Shown here piece after piece: positions 44,237 through 53,719 of a stretch of DNA of 64,000 nucleotides; within the stretch, counting starts at the first letter, position 1; every line of letters begins with the position of its first letter. Below the pieces are notes generated by a model, which was not told the DNA's origin, searched no databases, and saw only the letters and a program-made list of their open reading frames with translations. The translations under genes were made by a program, and so were the position numbers. Source of the stretch: Oscillospiraceae bacterium (GTDB lineage: Bacteria; Bacillota; Clostridia; Oscillospirales; CAG-272); the NCBI GenBank assembly GCA_015065005.1, contig SVRE01000001.1, positions 10,593 to 74,592 of the forward strand. The letters are read 5' to 3'.

Positions 44237-46852
44237 ATGAAATGGACATCCTTAAATGATTTGAGAGAAAAGTATCTTAGCTTCTTTGAGTCCAAGGGGC
44301 ATTTAAGATTGCCAAGCTTTTCTTTAGTACCTAATAATGATAAATCCTTGCTTCTTATCAACTCAGGCATGGCGCCTATGAAGAAGTTCTTTACAGGTGA
44401 GGTGACTCCGCCGAAAAACAGAGTTACAACCTGCCAGAAGTGTATCAGAACCCCTGACCTTGAGCGTGTTGGACACACTGCACGTCACGGTACATTCTTC
44501 GAAATGCTCGGTAACTTCAGCTTTGGTGACTACTTTAAGGTTGAGGCTATTGATTGGGCGTGGGAATTTTTGACAAAGACACTTGAAATTCCCGAAAATC
44601 TCCTTTGGCCTTCTATTTATGAGAATGATGAAGAGGCATACGATATCTGGAAGAACAGGATCGGCGTGCCTGAGGAGCATATAGTTCGCCTTGGCAAGGC
44701 TGATAACTTCTGGGAGCACGGTAGCGGTCCTTGTGGTCCTTGCTCTGAGATTTACTTTGACAGGGGTGTTGAGCGCGGATGCGGCTCACCTGACTGTAAG
44801 CCCGGCTGTGACTGTGACAGATTTATGGAAATCTGGAACAACGTATTCTCTCAGTTCAACAATGACGGTAAGGGCAATTACACAGAGCTTGTGCAGAAGA
44901 ATATAGACACAGGTATGGGTCTTGAGCGTCTTGCATGCGTTATGCAGAATGTTGAGAATATGTTCGAGGTTGACTCTGTACGTAAAATTCTTGACAAGGT
45001 GTGCGAAATTTCAGGTAAAAAATACGGTGACGATGAAAGAAATGACATTTCCATCCGTGTTGTAACTGACCACACAAGAAGCGCAATGTTTATGATTTCT
45101 GACGGTGTAATTCCGTCAAATGAGGGCAGGGGATATGTTCTTCGCAGAATTATCCGCCGCGCTTGCCGTCACGGTAAGCTCCTTGGCATTAACCACCCAT
45201 TCCTTGTTGAAATGTGTGAGGTTGCTATCGGTGAGAGCCGTGATGCATATAAGGAATTGGGCGAAAAGGCTGATTATATTAAGAAGGTTCTTTCCCTTGA
45301 GGAGGAGCGCTTTGATGCTACAATAGATGCAGGTCTTTCCATTCTTGAGGGCCTTGTAAAGGACGCAAAGAAGGAGGGCAAGAGCGTGCTTGACGGTGCG
45401 GATGCCTTCAAGCTTTACGATACCTTTGGCTTCCCCATTGATTTGACAAGGGAAATTGCAGAGGAAAACGGACTTGAAACAGATATGGACGGCTTTAATG
45501 CCCTTATGGCTGAGCAGAAGCAGAGGGCAAGAAACGCCCGCGCTAACATCAGCGGCTGGAGCGACAAGGCTAAGTCCTTTGATATTGCGAAAACAGAATT
45601 TGCAGGCTACACAGGCTATGAGTGTGAGGGTAAGGTTCTTGCAATTCTTGATGAAAACGGTGAGAGCGTAGATTCTGCCTCTGAGGGTGAATGCTCTGTT
45701 ATACTTGACAAAACCACCTTCTACGGTGAGGGCGGCGGTCAGGTTGGAGACAGCGGTGTTATTTCCAACGATAAGTGTGAGCTTAGTGTTCTTGATACAA
45801 AGAAAACAGAGGGCGTATATATCCATATGTGCAACGTTGCAAGCGGTGAGATAAGGGTTGGTGACACTGTTAAGTGTGCGGTTGACGGCGCAAGACGTGA
45901 GGCTATTATGCGCAACCACTCAGCTGTACATATGCTCCAGGCGGCGCTCCGTGCTGTGCTTGGCACACACGTTGAGCAGGCAGGCTCCTATGTTGACGAA
46001 AAGATTGGTCGCTTTGACTTTACACATTTTGCGGCACTCACAAAGGAAGAGATTGCTAAGGTTGAGGCCATTGTAAACGCAAACATTTTGGCAGGCACTG
46101 CTATTGAAACTGTTGAAACAGACATAGAAACTGCACGTAAAAACGGTGCTATGGCTCTCTTTGGTGAGAAGTACGGCAAGGTTGTACGTATGGTTAAAAT
46201 GGGAGATTTCTCCGTTGAGCTTTGCGGCGGTACCCACCTTGACAATACAGCCAAGGCCGGTATGTTTAAGATTATTACCGAAATCGGTGTTGCAGCAGGT
46301 ACAAGACGTATTGAGGTTGTAACAGGCTACGGTGTGCTTGACCTTTTAAACAAGAAGGAAGAGCTTATTCTTGGCACAGCAAATGAGCTAAGATGCCAGA
46401 ACGCAAACGATATTGTAAAAAGGGCAGGCTCTCTCCAGGAGGAAATCCGCACACTTAAGAAGGAAATTGAAAGCCTTAACTCCAAAATGGCAGGCGGCAA
46501 AGTAGATGCACTTCTTGCAAGCGCTAAGAAGGTTGGTAATTACGTTATAGTTACCGAGGACCTAAAGGATATGGGCGTTGATGCGGTGCGTTCACTTGGC
46601 GATACCATTAAGGACAAGGAGCCAAATGCGGTTGCTGTATTCGCTATCCACACAGGAGACAAGCTTAACTTTATTGCGGTATGCGGTAAGGACGCTGTTA
46701 AAAACGGCGCACACGCAGGTAATATCTTGCGTGAGGTAAGTGCAGTAACAGGCGGCCGTGGCGGCGGACGTCCTGACAGTGCAATGAGTGGCGGCAAGGA
46801 TATTTCCAAAATTGCAGATGCGCTTAACATTGTTGCAGATTTGCTTAAATAA
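44237..46852 (+). CDS. alaS: alanine--tRNA ligase
   Basis: FEMLGNFSFGDYF, HSAVHMLQ and CGGTH motifs, 871 aa. Promoter-like TTGACA..17..TAAAAT upstream (about 44161-44189). Confidence 0.97.
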   Translation: MKWTSLNDLREKYLSFFESKGHLRLPSFSLVPNNDKSLLLINSGMAPMKKFFTGEVTPPKNRVTTCQKCIRTPDLERVGHTARHGTFFEMLGNFSFGDYFKVEAIDWAWEFLTKTLEIPENLLWPSIYENDEEAYDIWKNRIGVPEEHIVRLGKADNFWEHGSGPCGPCSEIYFDRGVERGCGSPDCKPGCDCDRFMEIWNNVFSQFNNDGKGNYTELVQKNIDTGMGLERLACVMQNVENMFEVDSVRKILDKVCEISGKKYGDDERNDISIRVVTDHTRSAMFMISDGVIPSNEGRGYVLRRIIRRACRHGKLLGINHPFLVEMCEVAIGESRDAYKELGEKADYIKKVLSLEEERFDATIDAGLSILEGLVKDAKKEGKSVLDGADAFKLYDTFGFPIDLTREIAEENGLETDMDGFNALMAEQKQRARNARANISGWSDKAKSFDIAKTEFAGYTGYECEGKVLAILDENGESVDSASEGECSVILDKTTFYGEGGGQVGDSGVISNDKCELSVLDTKKTEGVYIHMCNVASGEIRVGDTVKCAVDGARREAIMRNHSAVHMLQAALRAVLGTHVEQAGSYVDEKIGRFDFTHFAALTKEEIAKVEAIVNANILAGTAIETVETDIETARKNGAMALFGEKYGKVVRMVKMGDFSVELCGGTHLDNTAKAGMFKIITEIGVAAGTRRIEVVTGYGVLDLLNKKEELILGTANELRCQNANDIVKRAGSLQEEIRTLKKEIESLNSKMAGGKVDALLASAKKVGNYVIVTEDLKDMGVDAVRSLGDTIKDKEPNAVAVFAIHTGDKLNFIAVCGKDAVKNGAHAGNILREVSAVTGGRGGGRPDSAMSGGKDISKIADALNIVADLLK

Positions 46853-46866
46853 AACAAACGATAAAC

Positions 46867-46899
46867 CAAAAAGGCAGACCGAACACGGTCTGCCTTTTG
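46867..46899. terminator. bidirectional terminator (alaS / XRE gene)
   Basis: GGCAGACC-GAACAC-GGTCTGCC flanked by A- and T-runs. Confidence 0.8.
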
Positions 46900-46919
46900 T
46901 AATTAGGGATAGGCTACGG

Positions 46920-47138
46920 TTAATGTAATGCTTTTGGGGTTTGAATTAAACCTGCTAAATAATCAAGAGAGACATTGTAAAATTCTGCAAGGGTAATTAA
47001 GTGGTGCAAGGGGATTTCGTACGTTCCGTTTTCGTACCGCGCGTATTGTTGCTGTTTCATACCCAGCAATTCTGCAATTTCTGTTTGGCTTTTATCGTAA
47101 TCTTCTCTCAAATCTTTAATTCGTTGATAGAAATACAT
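46920..47138 (-). CDS. XRE-family helix-turn-helix transcriptional regulator
   Basis: MYFYQRIKDLREDYDKSQTEIAELLGMKQQQYARYENG (HTH_3). AAGGAG precedes ATG 47138. The longer ORF to 47228 is unlikely. Confidence 0.8.
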   Translation of the reverse strand: MYFYQRIKDLREDYDKSQTEIAELLGMKQQQYARYENGTYEIPLHHLITLAEFYNVSLDYLAGLIQTPKALH

Positions 47139-47194
47139 ACTTAATTGAAATCTCCTTTTACCAATAGCAATTTTAACAACAAAACAATTGTAGC

Positions 47195-47270
47195 ATACAA
47201 CTTGAATGTTGTACTTGACATACAACAAAAATGTTGTTATAATAAAAATGCTACAACAATTTTATTGTAA
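47195..47270. promoter_or_regulatory. divergent promoter/operator region with TACAAC/GTTGTA half-site repeats
   Basis: TTGACA (47215-47220), 17 nt, TATAAT (47238-47243). ACAACAAAAATGTTGT dyad overlaps the spacer. Further ATACAAC / TGTTGTA copies at 47195-47214 and 47252-47269. Confidence 0.5.
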
Positions 47271-47280
47271 AGGAGAAGAT

Positions 47281-47550
47281 ATGAACAGTTTAATTGAAAA
47301 AATTTGGAGAGAAGAGTATAAGCCGTCTGAGAAACACGTTTTGTACGGAGAGGAGATTACACATTCGGCTCGTTTGCTTGATGCAAAAGAAAAGGAGCTA
47401 TGGGACAGGCTAAACGAAGAAAACAGAAAGCTTTTTGATGAAATAATAGGAATTTATTATGATATGGTGGACTATTACAAGCTTGATGCTTACACACAAG
47501 GGATTCATTTTGTAGGGGATTTGTTAAAGGAAATCATTAATACTAATTGA
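47281..47550 (+). CDS. small helical hypothetical protein (partner of the XRE regulator; DUF6809-like by recollection)
   Basis: AAGGAGAAG precedes ATG 47281. 89 aa with no TM segment and no catalytic motif. Confidence 0.5.
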   Translation: MNSLIEKIWREEYKPSEKHVLYGEEITHSARLLDAKEKELWDRLNEENRKLFDEIIGIYYDMVDYYKLDAYTQGIHFVGDLLKEIINTN

Positions 47551-47610
47551 AGGAAAACAAGGGCAGGCCCAAGCGGTCTGCCTTTGAATTTTACAGATGC
47601 TGAAAGCTTT

Positions 47611-47707
47611 ATTTATATTTTCATTTATATTTTCATTTATATTTCTATTTCCATTTCCATTTCCCATATGTTGAACATATGATAAACATATGATGAACAT
47701 ATGTTGC
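47611..47707. promoter_or_regulatory. iteron-like array: 3 x 12 bp, 3 x 6 bp, then four CATATG palindromes at 11-bp phasing
   Basis: ATTTATATTTTC at 47611, 47623 and 47635. ATTTCC x3 from 47647. CATATG at 47665, 47676, 47687 and 47698. Confidence 0.6.
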
Positions 47708-47870
47708 GTTATTTGCCGTTTTCAACAAAACGCAAGCTTAAAATTATGTCAAATTAACTTTTATTTGTTTGTTTTGACAAAAAATTGAAGCAAATAAAAA
47801 AATCCCTTGACTATTAAAAGCTTTTGTGTTAAACTAACTATGTAAATTTATATATTAAAAGGAGAAATTT

Positions 47871-49403
47871 ATGAAAAAGAAAATTATACTTATGCTTTCT
47901 ATGATTGCGTTTGTAGTTTGCTTACTTGCGATTTCTGTTTCAGCTGTTGAGGTTGACGGCATTTACTACAGGCTTTCAGGAAGCGGCGAAAACGCAACAG
48001 CAACGGTTACTAACGAAAATGCCACCTTATGTACCCTTACAAATGTTGTAATTCCTGAAACAATTACATATGAAAACGTTACATATACGGTAACGGCAAT
48101 TGACGCACATGCATTTTCAGGCGCTCAGAGTAGCTGGGGAAAAAATCAAACTATTGTGTCATTGGTTGTTCCGAAAACAGTAACAAGCATTGGTCCACAT
48201 GTTTTACGTGAATGCAAGAGTATAACAACTGTTACTATCAAGTCAGAAACAGTTAGCTTTAATGATGCGGAGTTTTATAATTGCGAAAACCTTGAAAGCA
48301 TCAGCTTTGACGGTGAGGTAAAAAAGTTTGGTCAGTATTGCTTCTACGGTTGTAAGAATCTTACCACAGTTAAGTACCCAAGTACTCTTACAGAAATTGG
48401 CGGTCACTGCTTCAGACTGTGTACAAGCCTTTCAAACGGAGATCTTTCAAATACAAAGATAACCTCTATTGGTGGCGGTGCGTTTTGGGATTGTAAGTCC
48501 ATTACCGAGTTTAAGTTCCCATCAACACTTACAAGCATTGGAAGCAACGGCATTCAAGAAACCCCAATAACTACATTGGTTTTGCCACACAGCATTACAA
48601 CCTTGAATAACGACAGTATAGCTAACAATAGAAAGCTTTACTTGATGGTATTGCCTGAAATTGCTGAGGATAACACAGCCATCAATGCAGGCGCTATCCA
48701 CGACTTTTTCCCAAAAGTAGTTATTTACTCCGGTGACAAGTATGAGCATTTGACATCATCAGGAAAGCTTTTTGCAAGTTACACAGTTAAGCCTTTTAGC
48801 GAGTATGACCCAAGTGTAACCTATACACAAAAAACATTCTTCTACGGTGCAACCACATGTAGCAAGTGCAACGGCCTTTTGGGTGAGGAAAGCTTCAAGT
48901 TCACAAGCGTTCTTGAGGAAATGAAGATAAGCACGCTTTGTACACATTGCGGTGGCGAGGATATTAAGGAAAGCTTTGCGCCTTCCTTTGTTGACCTTGG
49001 CTATTCCACATTTACAGCAAACGGCACATGCTCAATAGTACACGGCTTCAAGGTTGATTACAGCTCAATCGAAAAATATAATTCAGTATTTTCCGACAAC
49101 CAGGTTTCTGCCTTTGGTGTTTTTGCTGTAGCTGACAGTAAGGTAGAAAACAAGGCTTTTGACAGTGAAGGAAATGCCTTGGGCGGTGTAATCCATTACC
49201 AAATGAAGCAAGAGCATACTTATTTGGAAATTAAAATTGTAGGCATTCCGAGTGAAGGCAATGCTGCAAGCGGAGAAGCATATACAGACATTAAGTTCCA
49301 TATGTGTGCATACGTAAAAATAGGCGGCGAAATTTATTATATTACAGATAAGGCTATCGGTACAGAGCTAGGCAGCTCTGTAAGCTACAATACTGAAAAA
49401 TAA
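47871..49403 (+). CDS. secreted BspA-type leucine-rich-repeat protein
   Basis: Signal peptide MKKKIILMLSMIAFVVCLLAISVSA. LRR_5 units (VTAIDAHAFSG, VTSIGPHVLREC, LTEIGGHCFRLC...). 510 aa. Confidence 0.75.
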   Translation: MKKKIILMLSMIAFVVCLLAISVSAVEVDGIYYRLSGSGENATATVTNENATLCTLTNVVIPETITYENVTYTVTAIDAHAFSGAQSSWGKNQTIVSLVVPKTVTSIGPHVLRECKSITTVTIKSETVSFNDAEFYNCENLESISFDGEVKKFGQYCFYGCKNLTTVKYPSTLTEIGGHCFRLCTSLSNGDLSNTKITSIGGGAFWDCKSITEFKFPSTLTSIGSNGIQETPITTLVLPHSITTLNNDSIANNRKLYLMVLPEIAEDNTAINAGAIHDFFPKVVIYSGDKYEHLTSSGKLFASYTVKPFSEYDPSVTYTQKTFFYGATTCSKCNGLLGEESFKFTSVLEEMKISTLCTHCGGEDIKESFAPSFVDLGYSTFTANGTCSIVHGFKVDYSSIEKYNSVFSDNQVSAFGVFAVADSKVENKAFDSEGNALGGVIHYQMKQEHTYLEIKIVGIPSEGNAASGEAYTDIKFHMCAYVKIGGEIYYITDKAIGTELGSSVSYNTEK

Positions 49404-49579
49404 AGCAGTTTTAAGGGGCAGATTTATCTGCTCCTTTTTGCATATAATAATGATAACACCAATAAATGTTAACAAAACGTGAATTTACATTAATTTTATC
49501 TTATATAGTATTTACATTTATAGATAAATATGTTAAAATGAAAAAAATTTGGGTTTAAAACCTGTAAAGGAGTGAAGAT

Positions 49580-49897
49580 ATGGGAAAAAGCTTATTTTTG
49601 GAAGGCGCAGATCCACACTGGGCATTGGTTTGCTTAATCGGTATTGCGGTTGTCTTTGTTGGTCTTGCGGTAATTATCGGCCTTGTTGAGCTTATGAACT
49701 TGGTTACTACTAAGTTAGAGGGCAAAAAGAAGGTTGTGGCTCCAAAGGCACAATCACCTGCATCACCTGCACCTGTGGCAGTAGGTGCGGCTATCGAAAA
49801 CCGTGACGAGATTGTTGCGGCGGTATGTGCGGCTGTTGCTGAGGAGAACGGTACTGATATTTCAGCTATCCGTGTTGTTTCATTTAAAAAAGTATAA
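49580..49897 (+). CDS. oadG: OadG-family gamma subunit of Na+-translocating decarboxylase
   Basis: Single N-terminal TM helix, Ala/Pro linker, first gene of the decarboxylase operon. Confidence 0.65.
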   Translation: MGKSLFLEGADPHWALVCLIGIAVVFVGLAVIIGLVELMNLVTTKLEGKKKVVAPKAQSPASPAPVAVGAAIENRDEIVAAVCAAVAEENGTDISAIRVVSFKKV

Positions 49898-49918
49898 TTT
49901 TGAAAGGATGTATATAAA

Positions 49919-50269
49919 ATGAAAGCTTATAGAGTTAATGTTAATGGTAATGTTTACGAAATCACACTTGAGGTAATTGATAAGGCTGATATAAAGGCAG
50001 CTCCTGCTCCAAAAGCAGCACCTGCACCTGCTCCTGCGGCACCTGCACAGGCAGGCTCAAAGAGCGTTACAGCTCCAATGCCGGGCAATATTTTAAAGGT
50101 TAATGTTCAAAACGGACAGGCTGTTAAGGCCGGTGATGTTTTGATGATTCTTGAGGCTATGAAGATGGAGAATGAAATTATGGCTCCTTCTGATTGCACA
50201 GTGGCATCTGTTAATGTAACTGCCGGCACAACTGTTGAGGCTGGCACTGTTCTTTGCACACTCGCATAA
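49919..50269 (+). CDS. biotin carboxyl-carrier (biotinyl domain) subunit
   Basis: Ala/Pro-rich linker followed by [14 protein letters not shown] with the biotinyl-Lys motif. Confidence 0.85.
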   Translation: MKAYRVNVNGNVYEITLEVIDKADIKAAPAPKAAPAPAPAAPAQAGSKSVTAPMPGNILKVNVQNGQAVKAGDVLMILEAMKMENEIMAPSDCTVASVNVTAGTTVEAGTVLCTLA

Positions 50270-50281
50270 GAGAGGTAAAAA

Positions 50282-51466
50282 ATGGAAGGTATTATCACTT
50301 TTTTGAAGGACACGGGTGTGTATAAGTTTTTCACCGTTGATGCAGGCTGGAAAAACTTGGTTATGATTGCAATTGCTTGCGTTCTTTGCTATCTTGCTAT
50401 CGGCAAGAAGTTTGAGCCGTTGCTCCTTTTGCCAATCGCAATCGGTATGCTTCTCACAAATCTTCCCGGTGCTGACATTTTCCACGAGGAATTGTTTGTG
50501 GGCGGACACGTTCATTGGGAAATGTTTGGTGACCCTAATTCTACAATAGGCTTGCTTGACGTTCTTTATTTAGGCGTTAAGCTGGGTATTTACCCTTGCT
50601 TGATATTTATCGGCGTTGGCGCAATGACAGACTTTGGTCCTCTCCTTGCAAACCCGAAAAGCTTGATCTTGGGTGCTGCTGCACAGATTGGTATTTTTGC
50701 TACCTATGCTGGCGCTGTTGCAATGGGCTTTACAGGCGCTGAGGCAGGATCTATCGGTATTATCGGCGGTGCTGACGGCCCTACCGCTATCTTTGTAACA
50801 TCAAAGTTAGCTCCACATCTTTTAGGTCCAATCGCTGTTGCGGCTTACTCCTATATGGCGCTTGTTCCTGTAATCCAGCCACCTATTATGAAGCTGCTTA
50901 CAACTAAAAAGGAAAGACAAATCGTTATGTCAGGCTTGCGCCCTGTTTCCAAGCTCCAAAAGATTTTGTTCCCAATAGTTGTTACCATTTTTGTTGCCCT
51001 TTTGGTTCCAAGCGCGGCGCCGCTTGTTGGCTGCTTAATGTTTGGTAACCTGCTTAAGGAGTGCGGCGTTTGTGAGCGTCTTTGCAAGACAGTTCAGAAT
51101 GAGCTTATGAATATCGTTACAGTATTCTTGGGTCTTAGCGTTGGTGCTACTGCAACAGCTGCAACCTTCTTGAGCCTTAACACAATCAAGATTATTGTAA
51201 TGGGCGTTGTTGCCTTCGGTATTGCTACTGCAAGTGGAGTATTGATTGCAAAGCTTATGAACGTATTTTTGCCCGAGGGCAAGAAAATCAACCCACTTAT
51301 CGGCTCCGCAGGTGTATCTGCTGTTCCTATGGCGGCACGTGTTTCACAAAAGGTTGGTCAAAAGGAAAATCCTTCAAACTTCCTTCTTATGCACGCTATG
51401 GGTCCAAACGTTGCGGGCGTTATCGGCTCTGCAATTGCGGCAGGCGTATTGCTCGCTTTACACTAA
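50282..51466 (+). CDS. oadB: sodium-ion-translocating decarboxylase beta subunit
   Basis: 394-aa polytopic protein. GADGPTAIF and [13 protein letters not shown] are typical OadB/GcdB motifs. Confidence 0.9.
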   Translation: MEGIITFLKDTGVYKFFTVDAGWKNLVMIAIACVLCYLAIGKKFEPLLLLPIAIGMLLTNLPGADIFHEELFVGGHVHWEMFGDPNSTIGLLDVLYLGVKLGIYPCLIFIGVGAMTDFGPLLANPKSLILGAAAQIGIFATYAGAVAMGFTGAEAGSIGIIGGADGPTAIFVTSKLAPHLLGPIAVAAYSYMALVPVIQPPIMKLLTTKKERQIVMSGLRPVSKLQKILFPIVVTIFVALLVPSAAPLVGCLMFGNLLKECGVCERLCKTVQNELMNIVTVFLGLSVGATATAATFLSLNTIKIIVMGVVAFGIATASGVLIAKLMNVFLPEGKKINPLIGSAGVSAVPMAARVSQKVGQKENPSNFLLMHAMGPNVAGVIGSAIAAGVLLALH

Positions 51467-51493
51467 TAATCGGACACAAACGAGGTAATATAA

Positions 51494-52897
51494 ATGGCTA
51501 AGAAAGTTTTAATTACAGATACAATTTTACGTGACGCACATCAGTCACAGGCGGCAACCCGTATGAGAATTGAGGATATGCTCCCTGCTTGTAAGGCTCT
51601 TGACCAGGTTGGCTATTGGTCACTTGAATGTTGGGGCGGTGCTACCTTTGACTCCTGTATGCGTTTCTTGGGTGAGGACCCTTGGGACAGGCTTCGCGCT
51701 TTGCGCAAGGCTATGCCTAACACAAGGCTTCAAATGCTCCTTCGCGGTCAGAACCTCCTTGGTTATAAGCACTATGCTGATGATGTTGTTGAGGAGTTTG
51801 TAAAGAAATCCATTAACAACGGTATTGACGTTATCCGTATTTTTGACGCGCTCAATGACGTAAGAAATATTGAGACAGCTATGAAGGCTACAAAGAAATA
51901 CGGCGGACACTGTGAGGCTGCTATTTCTTACACAGAAAGCCCTGTTCACAACCTTGAGTACTTTGTAAAGCTTGCAAAGGAGCTTGAAAACAGAGGCGCT
52001 GATACTATTTGTATTAAGGATATGGCTAACCTTTTGTTGCCATATGACGCATATGAGCTTGTTTCCGCACTTAAAAAGGAAATTAAGGTTCCGATTCACT
52101 TGCACACACACAATACCACAGGTACCGGCGATATGACATACTTAATGGCAATCCAGGCAGGCGTTGATATTATTGATACAGCCTTGTCCCCACTTGCTAA
52201 CGGTACATCACAGCCATCTACCGAGGCTATGGTTGCTACTTTGAGAGGTACTGAGTATGATACAGGCATTAAGCTTGAGTCCTTGAACGAGGCAGCAGCT
52301 CATTTCAGAGGCGTTGCGGCTAAGCTTAAGGAGCAAGGCAGCCTTGACCCTAAGGTTTTAAATGTTGACCCTAATACCTTGCTTTATCAGGTTCCCGGCG
52401 GAATGCTTTCTAACCTTATTTCCCAGCTTAAGCAGGCGAAAGCTGAGGACAAGTACTATGAGGTACTCCAAGAGGTGCCAAGAGTCAGAAAGGACTTTGG
52501 TTACCCACCGCTTGTAACTCCTACAAGCCAGATCGTTGGTTCACAGGCTGTGTTCAATGTATTGACAGGTGAGAGATACAAGATGGTAACAAAGGAATCC
52601 AAGGGACTTTTGAAGGGCGAATACGGTCGTGTTCCCGGCGAGGTTAACGAAGAAGTAAGGAAGAAGGCAATTGGAGATGAGCCAATTATCGAGTGCCGTC
52701 CTGCTGACCTAATCGAGCCTGAGCTTGAAAAGTACAGAGCCGAGGCAGGCGAGCTTGCTAAGTGTGATGAGGACGTGTTGTCCTACGCACTCTTCCCACA
52801 GGTTGCAACAAAATTCCTAAAGGAAAAGTACAACCCAACCCCAAAGGAAGACCCGAACGCAGTCAGAGAGCTTTTTGTTGAGGACTTGAACAGATAA
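51494..52897 (+). CDS. oadA: oxaloacetate decarboxylase alpha subunit, carboxyltransferase (5S) part without biotinyl domain
   Basis: ITDTILRDAHQSQAATRMR and ECWGGATFD motifs. 467 aa, ends before any AMKM motif. Confidence 0.88.
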   Translation: MAKKVLITDTILRDAHQSQAATRMRIEDMLPACKALDQVGYWSLECWGGATFDSCMRFLGEDPWDRLRALRKAMPNTRLQMLLRGQNLLGYKHYADDVVEEFVKKSINNGIDVIRIFDALNDVRNIETAMKATKKYGGHCEAAISYTESPVHNLEYFVKLAKELENRGADTICIKDMANLLLPYDAYELVSALKKEIKVPIHLHTHNTTGTGDMTYLMAIQAGVDIIDTALSPLANGTSQPSTEAMVATLRGTEYDTGIKLESLNEAAAHFRGVAAKLKEQGSLDPKVLNVDPNTLLYQVPGGMLSNLISQLKQAKAEDKYYEVLQEVPRVRKDFGYPPLVTPTSQIVGSQAVFNVLTGERYKMVTKESKGLLKGEYGRVPGEVNEEVRKKAIGDEPIIECRPADLIEPELEKYRAEAGELAKCDEDVLSYALFPQVATKFLKEKYNPTPKEDPNAVRELFVEDLNR

Positions 52898-52988
52898 AAA
52901 TAAAACAGCAACGGAAAAAGGAAGATATTCTTAGCGGAGAAATCATAAATAACCTTGCTTGATTTAATCCGCAGAAACCAAATAATGA

Positions 52989-53023
52989 ACGCCGGCAGAT
53001 TTTCAAAAGTCTGTCGGCGTTTG
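52989..53023. terminator. bidirectional terminator
   Basis: ACGCCGGCAGA-TTTTCAAAAG-TCTGTCGGCGT followed by TT. Confidence 0.7.
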
Positions 53024-53049
53024 CTATTCGATAAATTGGGATTGGTTGA

Positions 53050-53412
53050 TTACAGCGGTGTTCCTACTTCAATTAAGTTACCATCCAAATCGTAGAATCT
53101 GACCACCTTTTGCCCCCAACTGTGTGTCATCAGATGATTGACATATTCGATTTCGGGGTAAAGTGTTTCAAGACGCTCTACAAATTGTTCTATGTTGGGC
53201 TCTTCAAAATACAACTCAGATTGATTGCTGTTTGGAATTACACTTCTTTCTATGAATTGTTCCCAGTATCCCGATTCCTGTAAATATAGATTATTCGTCA
53301 ATTCCATATTCCCATCGTTGTCTTGAAGAAGTTGAAACCCAAACATATCACGATAGAACTTTAACGCACGGCTACAATCCTTAACAGCAATAAGCGTTCC
53401 TTTATACTTCAT
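53050..53412 (-). CDS. VOC (glyoxalase/bleomycin-resistance) family protein
   Basis: MKYKGTLIAVKDCSRALKFYRDMFGF...VVRFYDLDGNLIEVG. GGAGGAGAA precedes ATG 53412. The extension to 53523 is repeat DNA. Confidence 0.75.
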   Translation of the reverse strand: MKYKGTLIAVKDCSRALKFYRDMFGFQLLQDNDGNMELTNNLYLQESGYWEQFIERSVIPNSNQSELYFEEPNIEQFVERLETLYPEIEYVNHLMTHSWGQKVVRFYDLDGNLIEVGTPL

Positions 53413-53454
53413 ATGCGTTCTCCTCCGCAAATTCTTATTTATCTTTCTGTTTAT

Positions 53455-53715
53455 CGCCAGTTTCGCATTTGTATTACAAACGCTTCGGGCAAAGCCTGTA
53501 CCCCTAAGGTTGCGCGCACCCAAAGGCTCCCTCCGGGAGGGAGCTGTCGCCGTAGGCGACTGAGGGAGAGTGCGCTACAATCAAGCTAATCTGAACTAAA
53601 AATTTCGCAGGCTCCTTCCACCGCTACGTCAGAACCCCTTAACCTCGTTCCTCGGTTAGGGAATCCAACAGCGGTCCCCCTCCCTCTCGGATGGAGGCTT
53701 TTGCGGTGGCATCGA
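53455..53715. repeat. structured intergenic repeat block (GCTCCCTCCGGGAGGGAGC / GTCGCCGTAGGCGAC family)
   Basis: Hairpins at 53525-53545, 53546-53560 and 53635-53661 (CCCTTAACC..GGTTAGGG). Long-range complement CCACCGC (53609) / GCGGTGG (53703). Confidence 0.55.
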
Positions 53716-53719
53716 TATA

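Noticed and set aside
45116-45919. 267-aa minus-strand ORF inside alaS.
   Set aside because: It is fully embedded antisense in the highly conserved alaS frame, and there is no supporting signal.
46920-47550. Type II toxin-antitoxin call for the XRE / 89-aa pair.
   Set aside because: The genes are divergent rather than co-transcribed, and the 89-aa protein has no recognisable toxin motif. It is kept only as a regulatory cassette.
53455-53715. Known housekeeping ncRNA (SRP RNA, tmRNA, RNase P, 6S).
   Set aside because: None of the conserved cores I remember is present. The hairpin sequences look like members of the dispersed repeat families, so this is retained only as a low-priority finding.
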